Shown here: piece after piece, positions 1-12,722 of the stretch
Numbering within the stretch: position 1 is the stretch's first letter
Layout: every line of letters begins with the position of its first letter
Source: Entomortierella parvispora E1425
Taxonomy: Eukaryota; Fungi; Mortierellomycota
Assembly: GCA_020891255.1 (NCBI GenBank)
Contig: BQFW01000010.1
Location: 682,001 to 746,000, forward strand
Length of the DNA stretch: 64,000 nt
Direction of reading: 5' to 3'
The notes under the pieces: model-generated
Databases searched by the model: none
Seen by the model: only the letters and a program-made list of their open reading frames with translations
Told to the model about the DNA's origin: nothing
Program-made: the position numbers and the translations under genes

Positions 1-1732
1 ATTGTCTGCACGCACGACCGTCAAGGTCGGTCCGCGTTGATCGCAGGCCATGTGGAAATTGGCCGCATCGAATCCGTCCCGGGTCGCTCGGTATTGGAGA
101 ACAAGCTTTGGCGGTTGAGAAGCTCCTGAGGAGGAAGAGGAGGAAGAAGAGGAAGTCATGGAGGAGTGGGAGGTGGCCTGTGGGATTTGCATTTGAGCAA
201 AAGACGAGTAGGCGGGTGGAATGGTCGCAGAGGAGGCGTTTGCACTTCCTGAACGAGTTGAACGGTGACCAATAGCCCGTCCTGGTGGCGACAAAGAAGG
301 TGCAGTAACTCCGGGCCGCGGCGGTGAGAAGGGTGGCGAAGAGGAAGTCATGTCCACGGACGAAAAGAAGGAGGATCGTACAGGGGACGATGCAGGAGTT
401 CCAGAGCCAAAAAAAGTGCCAATGTTCCCAGAGATGGGCGGTGAGCTGCTGTAGACACTTCGCCTATGCCAGGCACTGTTGGAAGACGCCGCTGTTTGGG
501 ATTCGAGAATGGCTGCCTGGAGCCAGCCCAAAATGACTTCCTTTTGTTCTTTGCCTAGAATGGTCGAAAACGCCATGCGCCGTCGAAGAGAGGTCTGGTA
601 TGGATCTGCCATGGAGGGGACAGAGTGATATCGGTATACTTTGGCGCACAATTGCACCGGCAGCAGTCCCGTTCCTTCAATCAACCGCAAAAAGTCAAGA
701 GAAGGAATCCTCATGAATCGAATGGCGGGCAGCAATGGCGCAATCAGCGACTGAAGGTCCTCGTGAACACTGGCTGACAGCTTGATCACGTTGTGGCTCG
801 TCACTTGCTCAAACACGGATCGTGAGGGTGTCCTGAATCCGTCCTCGTCGTGTTCCAGTCTGCCAATGTTAACATTGGTTCCATTCAATGGCACTTGGGC
901 ATCACCTCCGAAGCCATTGTCTAGACCATAGAGACCAACACTGTCTTCGTCTTGTATTTCTGGAGTCATGCTTGTCCCCGAAGTCTCTACCAGGACGCAT
1001 CCGTTGCCCTTGGGAAAGTCAGTGAGTGGACAGTGGGCCCAGTCCAGTCCCTGTTGATAATACGCCCAGCGAACGGCGATCTTCCAGATTTCAAGTTCGT
1101 CCAGATCAAGCTGGTCCATAGAAAGAATATCCTTGAGAATATCCGCATCAAGCGTCAGGATGGTCTTTCCTTTCTTGAGATGGTCAATGTTGGAGGCGAT
1201 AAAGTCCAGACACTCTGTCTTCAATTGTGAGAGGTTGTGGAGCGAGGCTGCTTCAACGAGTTGGAGAACATTATCCTTGGAGATCGTGGATAGCGCATGT
1301 CGTTCACATCCATGCAACAGATCTTCCATGCACAGTTCATCGGCTGCTTTGATAAGGTCCATCACAATGTCGTCCTCAAGCATCAGACGACCGCCATAGA
1401 TGTAGTGCAAGATGCGCTCAAACACAGCAGGCGATATGTTGGGTTTGTGAATGATCCGCTGACTTGCCTCCTTCCAGTCGTTTCCCAATGCCCTTGCGAA
1501 ATATGTACTCCTTGCCTGCAAAATTAGGGAGTGGGCGTGCATCATGACCTGCTCCTGACCTAGCACAGAAAGTTCACTGCAGGGTTACTTTTGATTCTCC
1601 CTGTAAGCCAGGGTAAACGATACAGAGAGAGAGAGACTGACCAATGACCAGCTGGATGTCAGCGCCGATGGGTGAATTGACAAGGCGCAATAAATCCGCC
1701 CCGAGGATGTCAGGGTTGGAGTATATTGGCAT
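1..1732 (-). CDS. BTB/POZ-BACK-TLDc domain protein, 3' end beyond window start; exon 1 1732-1642, intron 1641-1560, exon 2 from 1559
   Basis: Manual translation (absent from the ORF track because the stop lies outside the window). BTB-like: MPIYSNPDILGADLLRLVNSPIGADIQLVIG|QEQVMMHAHSLILQARSTYF...NISPAVFERILHYIYGG. BACK-like: ILSMDQLDLDELEIWKIAVRWA...LLPAIRFMRIPSLDF. TLDc-like: LVLQYRATRDGFDAANFHMACDQRGPTLTVVR. Confidence 0.88.
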
Positions 1733-2893
1733 GGCTCTGAACTAGGGTGTGTCGCGACAAAAAAAAAAAGGAAAAAAAAAGAAGAGAATACAAAGAGAAA
1801 CGCGAGGTGTGAAGGCTCGCAGTAAGCAAAGACAGGTGGAAAGACAGCCAGCGAGAAGGTAAAGAGAAGAGCGAGGGAAGGAACGAAGGAGAAGGCGAGT
1901 GGGGCAAGAGGCGGGGAGAAGGACGAAGGGAGGAGGGATAGACGGGGCAAAAGACGATCGTGAGACAAAAGGGCGAAAAAGAAAAAGAGACACGTCCGAG
2001 ACAGACAGAGAGACACGGCGGACACCGACACGGTGGAAAGACAGACAGACAGACAGAGAGACATGCAATGGATTCATCCTTCCATTCAAGGGATGAATGT
2101 GTCTCCTTCTCCTTCCTCCCTCCTCCCCTGCAGCTGACATCGAGTCGTCTGTCCTCGGTCGGTGTCGTCTTTGTCACGTCAGTCAGTCGTACAGCAAGGA
2201 TGGTGTTGGTCAAGTGCGGAATTCAACCGGCCTGTCAGCTGAGGCCAGGCGACATGTGTCTGTCTGTCTGACATTAAATGCATCATACTTCTCCCTGGAT
2301 TCAGGATTTGGAGTGAGGATGTGCTTATGTTATGTGCACATGCTGTCCATTGTGCTCATGGGGGGAAGGGGGTCTATGATTGACTGATCAGGAAGAAAGA
2401 AGGAAAGGGGGAAGTTGTGGCACGAGCGCAGTGCTCTCAAAATGCCGTTTTCTTTTCTTCCTCCACTTCAATTTCGCCCTCGTCATCCTTCCATGCTTCC
2501 CAGGGCATGCAGGCTGTTCCTTTGCTCCCAGACTAAGAGACGTCATGGGCCTGCTCTTGTCAACAAACAAGCCAGCCAAAGGTTGTTTGTTCTTTTCCTT
2601 CAGCATGTTGGTCAAAGCGCTTTAGACTTTATCCATCGGTTTGATTCGTGAGGACTGCCAAGCGCGTCAATTGAAGTGCCTACACTACAGAAGAAACAGA
2701 AAGCCACAGAGGAAGTGAGAGAGCAATAATGAAAATTACGGGATGCATCATCGAAGTCTTGCCACCTGGTTTGGAATTTTGTAATGGAGGTGTCAAAGAT
2801 CAACTCCACAGGAGGTAGGTTGTAAAGGGAGCATATCTCTGCATCTGCGGCTTGCAAATCTGTCTCTTTTTATTTCAATGCACCAGAGACTGT

Positions 2894-4964
2894 TTAAACG
2901 ATGGGATCTAGGCGTCTCCTCACACGGATTGGTAGACCCTTGTCCATAGGCAGAGTCAAAGCCGGACCGTAGGATGGTTCGTTGTCCGGATCGACCAATT
3001 CAAACGTAAACTTTTGGAAGAGCATCGACATGATGGTGATTGCCTCGATGGTAGCAAACTGCTGGCCCAAGCTATTATTGCATTCGTAGAGTTTGAAACA
3101 ACAGGACAAAGGAACGGAGTGTCGGTGCAAAGTCAGAAAGCATGGCATGTAAGCAACCAATCTGAAAAAATAAAACCTTGTCCAAAATCCTACCATGTGC
3201 GTGGCCCAAGATGAAAGGATACAAACTTGGAGGACGAGGCCTTTTCACCTGTTAGCCAGCGCTCCGGTCGATACACGGACGCATCTGGACCCCAGATCTT
3301 TGTGTCTCGACCCATGGCCCAGGAGCTCCAGCCAATCTTCTCGCCCTTGTAGACCTTGTGGCCGCTGGGCAACACATCGTCCTCGACACAAATCTTGATG
3401 TTTTGAGGGACAGAGGGGTAAAGACGCAGAGCCTCGTAAAAGCACGCTTCGGCGTACTTTTGGTTTTTGGTCGTCTCATATGTAGGGAGACCCACGGTTG
3501 GGTAGCGAGGGTATGTTTGAATGGTTGGTTCAGAAGTCGAGGTGGAGGTCGGTGATCCGTCGCCCTTTGACAAAGACTGGGCGCCTCGACCTAAGATCCT
3601 GTCTGTCTCCTCTGTGAGTTTCCTTAGGATGTCTCCTGAACTTTGCGAGCGATGGATCAGATAGAACATCCAGGATAGTGCCTGAGCCGTCGTGTCTCGT
3701 CCTGCCTGAGGAAATATAGAGGAGAGAGATCAAAGTCAGTGGTGCATCCACAGCAGATCATATTTTTCTGTCTGTGGTGCCCAATGCTACAACAAGAACA
3801 AAAAGCACAGCCAAAGCTGTTTTGTACTCACCAGCACAAAATTCAAGAGCGTATCTCTCATCATTTCGTCCGAAAGCGGTTCCCCGTTTTCATCATGAGC
3901 GTCCATGAACAACTGCATCAGATCCTTCTTTTCCCTCTTGGTTCCCGAGGGGGATTGACCCGGTTCTCCATTCTTCTTCTTCTCCTGGTTCTCCAGTTTT
4001 TGCTGTTGAAAAGCCCTTCGCTTTCGAATGACGCTGTACGCAAAGTCAAAGATAGTCTTTTGGTCCTTCTCCACCTGTTCAAGCAAACCGTTCCATCGAT
4101 CCGTCAAGGGCCACATTGGCGCATTGAATCTGTTGGCCAAGGTGGTGTTCAGTCGATCGAATGCTGTCGCAAACTCGACCTCTTGCTCGGGATCCTTCAG
4201 GCATCCGAAACTCTGACCAAAGGCAATCTCGCCAAAAGAGTCGAGCGTGTACATGTAAAAAATGGACTGTAAGTCGACAATATTCTGATCTCCTGCGCGA
4301 TCTGCCACAGTGCAGAGGTAATCCAAGACGAGCTGTCCCTCTTGACAAAACACATCACTGGTGTAGTTTCGGAATGCCGCAACGTTGAAGATGTGGGATG
4401 CTAGTCGTCTTTGCCACTTCCAGTGCTATTCCGTGAACATGTGTTTAAAAAAAATGTCAGTAAAGGTAGCAAAATTGTTGCCAAGATGAGAACCGCATAC
4501 TGCTGATATACCTGACCATCAGCACCGAAGATGCCAGAACCAATCAAGGGCCCCAGGATATGTCGAAAGTACTCGCCCTTCTCATATGCCCAAAAGTTAA
4601 CCCTTAGGACATGATCAAGACTTTCTGGATGGGTAACATTGATCACTCGGCCAATGCCTGGCAGTGTCATTGCATAGATTTGACCGTATATCCCATGGTA
4701 CTTTGTCTGTGTTTGGTAGTTGAGTTGTTTGGGCCGACGGACCATCTCGATCAGGTTGCCTAAAAGGGGCAGCCCAGCAGGGCCTGGAATGTCTGTTCGT
4801 GGGGTGGTGCCATAGGCGGTATGCCGATACTTGAACAGGGTATATAAAAGAGTGGCAAGAAGTACTGGCTTCGATACTCTGAACAGTGTCGAGAGGACAT
4901 GGATGAGCTGAAGAACGACCGAAGAGCTACTCTTTGTCGTGGAAAGGATGTTTGAAGAGGGCAT
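2894..4964 (-). CDS. Cytochrome P450 (CYP86/CYP704-like, possible fatty-acid/alkane hydroxylase), multi-exon
   Basis: ORFs 4401-4982, 3787-4353, 3190-3669 and 2894-3196 join across GT-AG introns. N-terminal anchor plus PGPAGLPLLGN; I-helix LNFVL|AGRDTTAQALSW; K-helix EALRLYP; PERW; heme motif FHLGPRT|CLGQQFA. Confidence 0.93.
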
Positions 4965-5328
4965 GGGAATGGTGTGGAGCAACAGGCGAAACAGCGAGGG
5001 AGGAGTGTGTGAAGAAACAAAGAAAAGGCAAAAATGCCGAGAACAGAGAGCAATCCTTTTATCTTATCACCTGTTATTGTTGCACAGCCCAGACGATGGC
5101 TAAGGCCACCTAAACAGGTTATGAATGGCTATTGCGATGACAAACAATCGGTACACGGATTCTCCGATGATTATCAAAAAAAGGCGTTGACTAGCATCAC
5201 AGCCATGTTCAAATTAGGAAGGCGTTCAGTGCCTCTGTGTTTTAATACAAGGATCATATACCGTATGTTACAAGCCAGTTGCGGCCAACAAAGTAAGGAC
5301 AGGCAGCTTGTGTGTAGCCCTCAACAAA

Positions 5329-8134
5329 CTAGAGCTCCATGGCTCTATCTACAAGTTTTTGCAGGTTCTTCACTCTCTTATGGACATCAAGAGTCTGAAC
5401 AAGGCCAAAGTATCGCAATGCGGGCTCCTTTTCTCCAAGGCTGATTTTGACACGGCCTTGTAAGAGATACACATTGACGTCCGGCGCCAGTTTCTCCACT
5501 TCTGCAAGTTGCTTGTCCGCTTCGTCAAATCGTTCCAGTTCGTACAAGATTTTTGCACGTTGGTAGCCTGCCATAGGGTTTTTTGGATCTAGAACCAGGG
5601 CCTCGCCGTACGCTTGTAAAGCATCACTATACCGCTTCAGACGTTCATGCGTGCGAGCCATTGCCTGGACGATAATAGATGTCCTTGGACTCAAGTGACT
5701 GGCATTCCGGAAGCGCACAAGCGCATATTCGTATTTTTGAAGTCTTTCTTCTACCAAGCCCAAGCCATACCTGCAGCATCAAAATCAAGTTAGTAACATG
5801 ATCTGCGTCAGTGTCATCATCACAACGGCGTAATTCGTGAGTCATCCTACCATGCATTGTAGTGTCGTGGGTCGTTTGCAATTGCGCTTTGAAAGTGTTT
5901 CCCTGCCTCTTCCAGCTCCTCTAGCTCCAAAAATTCGTGTCCAGCTAGCGTGTAAGCATACGTGAACAACCTATCCACGAAAATGGCGCGTTTGAAGTAT
6001 TTCAATGCAGTCGCGTGATCGCCTTTAAGCGAAAATTTGTTTCCCACAACGCAGCATGTTTCAGGAGATCGAAAATCCAGGTCTTCGGCGTCCATGGAAA
6101 GTTTGGCCAACTCAAAGGGTCTTCTGAGCTGCCAAAAGCATGTCGAATAAAGACCGGTATCCTCCACGCTCCATCCTTTCTCAAATGCCACTTCAAAGTA
6201 CTTGATCGCCTAGTTGATGCAATAGGAGCCGTTAGTGTGACCAGATCTAGCAAGAAGCCATACAAAAATCCATGCTCTTACTTGTTTGTAGTCAGACAGA
6301 CCGAACCTGCATTTTGCAAGCTGTCGAAGTACCCAGGGGCTGTTCATTAACCGAGGAGGCAACTTTTGTAGTCCAATTTCTGACTCTGAGAACTCATTCT
6401 TGCACAGGAGAGCATATGGGCCGGCCATATGTTTGATGAGCTCTGAGGTTTCGTGGAGTGCCCACGCTGTTCTATCAGTCGATCCAAGTAGCGGCGGTGT
6501 GGCCGATGAGGGTGATTGGGTCAGGGAAGCAGGTGGAGACGACGATGATTGGTTACTAGACTACGTAAGCCTGAATATGTTAGAATCCTCACATAAAAAG
6601 TCCTTATTGCAGATATCCAAGGCCATTACCTCTTGTACTGATGCAATAATCGCTGCCAATTTTTGTGGTTGCTGTTGGGTCGACTTCAGGAGAGTAGGTT
6701 TTTGGATCAGATTGGCCGATGTGGAACTCCTTCCTAAACTCTTCTTTAGGCCGACTTTGTCTTTCGATCCTAATACAGAGTTTGAAGACTACAACATTCC
6801 ATTGATGAAGCAAAGGTCAGTTCATACTCAATACTTTGTATTATGTGGCCTTTGCGGTAAAAAAGCACGTTTTGGGGTATGAACCATACTTGTGCTCGCT
6901 CAAATGTCCTTCTGGCATTGGCAGCGTTTCCTCGTTTTACGGTGGTCCTTCCTGTTGTTGTGTTTACGCCGGACGTCGAGGATGAAGACGAGGAGATGGT
7001 CAATCCGCGAGGGAGCGCCGGTTGTGACATTGGTGCCGTATGTGTACTATATGTTAAAGGATAGCGAGTACGTTTAAAATGGATTGCTTCAATGAGTCCC
7101 GTGGCTGCCCTGTTTTCTTCATTCGTTGTTTTGTCTTACTGTAATATGCCTGATCTCGAAATCGCCCCTTTCGATTCCACTTCCTCATCCACGATCGATT
7201 GCAATGATGGCTCGAGCCTTCCTGCTATCGGTTTACTTATGACATCTAGAGATTTGTTTTGACTGAAGAAGGTCTCGAACATTGCGTTTGAATCCAAGTG
7301 TCCTATATTCAACCGAGAGAATGAAAGCCAAAAAAAGGTTAATAAAAGCGATCTCTATGGTCGACCAATCTCTCGGGTCTCTTGTTCATGCAAGTTATAT
7401 ACCCATTTCTGCTAAATTTCGAATGGTCTCCCAACAGAAGGGGTTGCCTTTGAGTGACTCTTCCAGGTTTTCTCTCGACCAGGAGTGTATCCCTTGAGCC
7501 CTAACACGGATCATATTTCATCCACCATAAAAGACCCGTTAGATGGACGATACATACATAATCAGAAAATCAAGATGGAATGCTCTGTACCTTGCGATTG
7601 ATCCTTTGAGCGATAAAACTCTGGATCGGTGCGGGTGTCCCTCTTTTCCAGGCTCAGTCTGTCTGTCGCGAAAGTCTAGATTGATCTTCCTGGAATCAGT
7701 TCTCCGTTGTCATTCCATGTGGCATTTCGGTCCATCAGAATCCACGCGTCCTTACCGATGGGTAGACACTGGTCAGCCGGCATGAGGTTAAGGAGGCTTT
7801 CGACGACGCTACCCGCCTCGACAAAAAGCTTCAAATGGTAGCATGAGAGCGCGAGTTTGAATCGACATCGGATGGAGGTCGCAAGCATCTGCACATCGCC
7901 ACCATAAGCAATCAGCTTTCGAACCTCTGAGTATTTTTGCTGGCGAAAGAGACTTTTGGCGAGGCGATAGTAGCCATGCTCGCGTTGGGTCCATAGCCGG
8001 GTCTCGTCCGTGAGGAGAGCAAAGAGCTGCTCGGCCAACCAAGTTGCAGTCGCGTAGTCGTCCTGCAGGTCTGCATGGCAGATCAGGCCTTCGAGGGTCT
8101 GCTCCAATGGGCTGAGCTCAAGCGCATAGTCCAT
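5329..8134 (-). CDS. CDC27/APC3-like TPR protein (divergent), multi-exon; middle exons (about 7.0-7.7 kb) not resolved
   Basis: N-terminal MDYALELSPLEQTLEGLIC...TATWLAEQLF resembles the APC3 N-terminus. The TPR block SPETCCVVGNKFSLKGDHATALKYFKRAI...YAYTLAGHEF...DPRHYNAW and DPKNPMAGYQRAKIL match the CDC27 C-terminal TPRs. Confidence 0.75.
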
Positions 8135-8301
8135 GTCGCTCTGTCCTGCTAGCGTCCTGACTGTGTCCAGGTGAAGAAGATGAAGAAGACAAGGAAGACA
8201 GAGAAGCAATGCAATGCATGCTTCTTCTCACTCATGCATGCTGGCTACCTGTATAGCAGTCACAAGTTGGCTATCTCATGCTTGGTGCCAGCATAGAAAG
8301 C

Positions 8302-8330
8302 AGGGTCGACCAGTCTGGGAGGTCGACCCT
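8302..8330. repeat. 10-bp perfect inverted repeat with 9-nt loop in a divergent promoter
   Basis: AGGGTCGACC-agtctggga-GGTCGACCCT, between the ATG at 8134 (-) and the ATG at 8442 (+). Confidence 0.6.
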
Positions 8331-8441
8331 CACGATGAGTGATACAATTTATCCGCACTGCCACAGCGCCAAATAGCCATTGCCGCATCAAATTTTCATT
8401 CTTACTCCAACTTTCCAATTTTCCATCCATCCACCAAGAAA

Positions 8442-11190
8442 ATGAACCTCAACAGCAGCAGCAGCGGCACAGCAAGAGACAACTATCGCGGAGTGGGCGG
8501 CGCCATGGTATCTAGGGCGCATCCGCCAGCCCACCATCGCCGTCAAAGCAGAATCCGTGCTGAAATCGACCTTCCTGGAGGGCCATCCCCAACATACCAG
8601 GCTATGCAGCCGTTTGATGTTGTCAGAGAAGAACATCGACTCTTGGCTAGAAGGGCAGCAGTAGCAATGACGGTATCACCGCTCCTCCCGAGTACTCTCC
8701 TCCAACAAGCCATCCGCGATCACCTCTAGAGATACCAGAATTGTTCAGGCTGATCGGTGAACGAATTCCCCTTTGGGTCTTAGATTCATACGCGTATGTC
8801 TTCAGGTTCTATCCAAAAATATTGGCCCGTTGTTCTTCCGTCTCAAGGCTTTGGCATCAAGTCATGACTCCTTTGGTCTGGTACCTGATCGATGATTCCC
8901 AACCGTACAAGATTCCTATCGAAGTATTGAGAAGAAACGCTCATTGGATCCGAATCTTGGAGCGACATCACAGATTTTTGGACCTGAACTCCATCCTCGT
9001 CGACGACGATGCATGTGGACAGCCTTGCTCTCCTCTCTCAAAGGAACAGCGACCTCAATCAGCCAATACTCGGGAAGTCAGGTCACCTTCAACGTCGACC
9101 TATATGACCCAATCGCCGCCGTCGAGGATTTCTACCGCTCCTCGATGGCGCCTTCCATGGCGAAGGAGTCAACAGCGCCCTCCAGAGACGACGACGCATC
9201 AGGGTCAACAACGACCCAATTTATATAATAGCAAGAAGGAGCCGCCAGCGAAACAAACGACATTTTCAAAATCAGAGGTGGCACAACCGCGTATAACGAT
9301 AAAGACATCGTCAGGCATGGTGCTCCTGAAACAGTTGACTTTTTCGGCCTGGATCCCAGGTGTTGACAAGGTGCTCAGAATGAACCCAAACCTCGAGCAA
9401 CTGACATGGCAAGGGGCAAGCTTAAACAAGGACGTCCCCGTGGGAATATGGGATGCCCTCCTCGGCGACATTCCATTGTCGTCATCACTTTTATCAGAAG
9501 TACCTTCGCCTTTTCAAAAACTGCGAGACATCCATTTCAAAAGGTGTAATTTGGACGCTACTTTGCTGCTCCCAGTGTTGGAAAAGCTGCCTGGGCTGAG
9601 AATCTTGAGATTCACGGATGTAGTCCTTCTCAACATGAACTCCGTTCGACCTTCAAATACGAGTACCGATCTTGCCGTTGGTGGGGTATCGACCAACAAC
9701 CCCCAGCGACGGAGAATGATCCCTTCTTACCGGCTCCATCAAATTCGCCAAATCCGGTTGGGTATCGGTCTCCAAAAGAGCGGTAGTCTAGAAGCAATTG
9801 TTCGGTATTGCCCTTACCTGATGCGACTTGTCCTCGAGAGTGATTTCGACGCTTGGTCCGGAGGGGGTGTGCTTTTTCATCATCACCTACAGAGTCTCGA
9901 TCTCGAAATGTTGACCCACTGGCTGTCTCCACCTGCTGCGGCCGCTCTGGCACCAAAGCAGGACACTTTTTTAGTTTTTGTCCAACACCTCAAACAGTCA
10001 TGTCCACGATTGAGGGCTATTGAGTACGTGGCTCCACGGGCTCGATTGGAAGGTGTTCCTCTTCTCTCAGATGAGCAGGCATGCATATTTGCCCAGTGTT
10101 TAGAAACTGGAGGGGCCATGGCCTTACCTAAGCAATTCATGATTGGGAGCTATCAGCCATTACTTGGTGATGCAGCGGAAACTCGAGCGGAACCGAGAGG
10201 CATTCAATCGGAACAAGAGTCAATTCGGGCGGCTGACGAGCAAGACGAAAAGGATCTTGCTATTTTCCTAGCCATCAACAGCGGTGGTCGGGTGAAAATC
10301 GAAGATTTGCCGTCGTATTTCAAGGTGGAGTTCAAGGCTGATTTGTGCCGCCTTGACCACTTGACAGCCTGGGCGCTCTGTCAAGCCTCAATGACCCTAC
10401 AATCCGTGTCACTGTTTCTCTCTCACGGCATTATCAATGGCGAGGAGGAAAATATTCGTCATAGCCTACGGAACGCGTTTCAAATCTTGACGACCTGTCA
10501 GGGGCTACGATCCTTCAAGCTCGAGTTTGATTACCAAAACTCCACATCCCAGCCCATCGCCCTTGCAACTTATTGTCACGACATTCCGAATCCTCAGCAT
10601 CTGACCCCTGCAGCATGGATTTTGTTTGATGCGCCTTGGAACTGTCCTGGTCTGGAGACTCTGGTCTTGAGTGGGATCAAGAGATCGATATATTTAGATC
10701 GGGAAAAATCACTCCGGACCTTGTCTACGCTTTTCACAAACATTGCCCCGGAAGTCAATTATTCGTTCCTGTCAAAATGAAGGAGTTGATGGCCATTGCA
10801 GGACTAAAAGACACGGAGCTGGGCATAGACCAGCGCATCGATACAGACTTGGATGAGTTGCGTCAGACAGGTGATCCTGACCTTCCAGCTGGCGGACTGA
10901 CTCAAGGCCTGCGACAGTTTCAACAAATCATGTTTACTCAGCTGGCTCGCCTTTCCGAACTGAAAGAGTTTTCACTGAACGGCTCTAGCTTCAGAGAGTT
11001 TTCTAAAGTGCACCGAATCATTAGCAGCACTTCTCATTGACAAATCATGAAATGAGGATCAAAAATATATTAAATATATCTTTTTTTGTTTTTTTGCAAG
11101 AGACTTGGTCAGGGCAAGCTAATTGGACAGAGCCCAGCAGGGGATCACAGAAACTTTTGCTCCGAACAGTGGCCCTTTCTCAAATTATAG
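8442..11190 (+). CDS. F-box-like/RNI-like LRR protein with apparent frameshifts (possible pseudogene or assembly indels); start and end approximate
   Basis: Main ORF 8741-10780 has F-box-like SPLEIPELFRLIGERI...KILARCSSVSRLWHQVMTPLVW and WNCPGLETLVLSGI. The C-terminal motif QIMFTQLARLSELKEFSL is in another frame (ORF 10636-11040). A putative last exon after the acceptor at about 11100 ends CSEQWPFLKL*. Confidence 0.6.
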
Positions 11191-11208
11191 GCGCATCATA
11201 CGGAGGAA

Positions 11209-12528
11209 TCAGCAAATGAGGGGCATGTCCTTGTTATTGCCTTTGGCTCCTTTACGTGTTCCAAGATCCAAATGCAAGTTTCGGTGGAACAACTCAAGAA
11301 GCAAATCAAAGCAGACCTTCGCAATGGCGGCATCGTATCTATAAGAACAGCGATATGTGTGAGTAATAGCATCAGTCGACCATCGCTTGGAGCTAGGGTC
11401 TTCATATTCCTCTACTCACCTTCCTTTGCTTAGCTCATCGCGGATAAAAGCGTGTTGAGCCTGAACCTCAAAGAATGTAGTTGTCACATCAGCATCCTCC
11501 AAAGTCTTGCGGATCAAATCCCGACCGGCTCTAGGAACGTGGTCGTCCTGCTTTCCAAAAATCATAACAACCTCACCCTGGATCTCTGGAACTCGACGCA
11601 ACGAGTCCGATTGCTTGTTCTTGCCCAGTGTTTCCGAGTGAATATCGGTGGCGAAGTAGCACACACTGGCCAACACCCTGGGGTCGAATGCAGCCTTGAG
11701 GAAGAAGAATGTAAGAATAAAGATTTACAATTATACCATCGCCACAGCGCTAGATCAGATGCTCAACAAGGACCTACGCGGAAAGCAAGATGGCCTCCAA
11801 GGCACATTCCAGTGGCTCCGACCTTGCCTGTGCAGTCAGGACGGCCCATCAAGTGGTCGATCACCACAGTGGCGTCCTCGTCATATGCAGCCAGTTCTTT
11901 CTCGATCTTGTAAAAGTTACCCTTGTCTTGACAGAACGATAATTAGAGCGAAAACGAGGTATCGGTAGCGACGACAAAGACAACGATAGCTCTCTTACCA
12001 GTTCCTGGGCCATCATAGGCAAGAGGAGTTCCGAGAGGCTCAAACTCATGGAAAGACTCGTTACAAGCAACAATATATCCCTGACTAGCGATTTGTCTAA
12101 AATTGAAGGTTGAAATAAGATAACATCCTGCGCGTGAGCATGAAAGGTTAGGAGGCTCAACGGCGAGCACCATGCTTTTTTGTCCGAAGGCGCGGTCGAT
12201 CCTGTGTTGCAAAAAACGGAGACAAAAAAAGGACACCTTTCACACGAACCTGCAGAATCTGTCCAATGGTCCAGTAACCTGGTAAATCTCTACATTCATC
12301 GGAGAGAGAATCTCCTACGTTAACCTTAAGAATGAACCAGTTTCCCAAGTCATCCCTTTGTTCATGCTCTTCCATTCACTTCGGTTGTGCTCCGCGTCCC
12401 ATACCGGTGAAAACAGCGACACCAGGGAATTTAGCGTTGGGGTAGTCTGGCACGTTGGGTTGGTAAATGAAGGTGCGCATAGGACCCGAGCTGGTCTGGA
12501 GGTCGACGAATGATTCCTTGACAAGCAT
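11209..12528 (-). CDS. Dienelactone hydrolase family protein, multi-exon
   Basis: MLVKESFVDLQTSSGPMRTFIYQP...FPGVAVF; RQIASQGYIVACNESFHEFEP; nucleophile motif GATGMCLGGHL; MIFGKQDDHVP; QAQHAFIRDE. Confidence 0.9.
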
Positions 12529-12722
12529 GGTAGCAGTTCCTGTTGATGAATGGTTAATGAATGGAGAACAGAATAGGGAGGACGCGCCAAAATCCGACAA
12601 GAATCACACAAGGGGACTCTTGCAGTCCATGCGATGAGGAATTCTTCTTGATGAGAAAAAGCTGTTGGATATATTGCAAAAGATGAATGAATGCTATGAC
12701 TACAAGACGAGGGACAGGAGTT

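Noticed and set aside
1585-2387. Several Leu/Ser/Phe-rich ORFs
   Set aside because: They derive from GA/GACA microsatellite-rich promoter sequence of the BTB gene.
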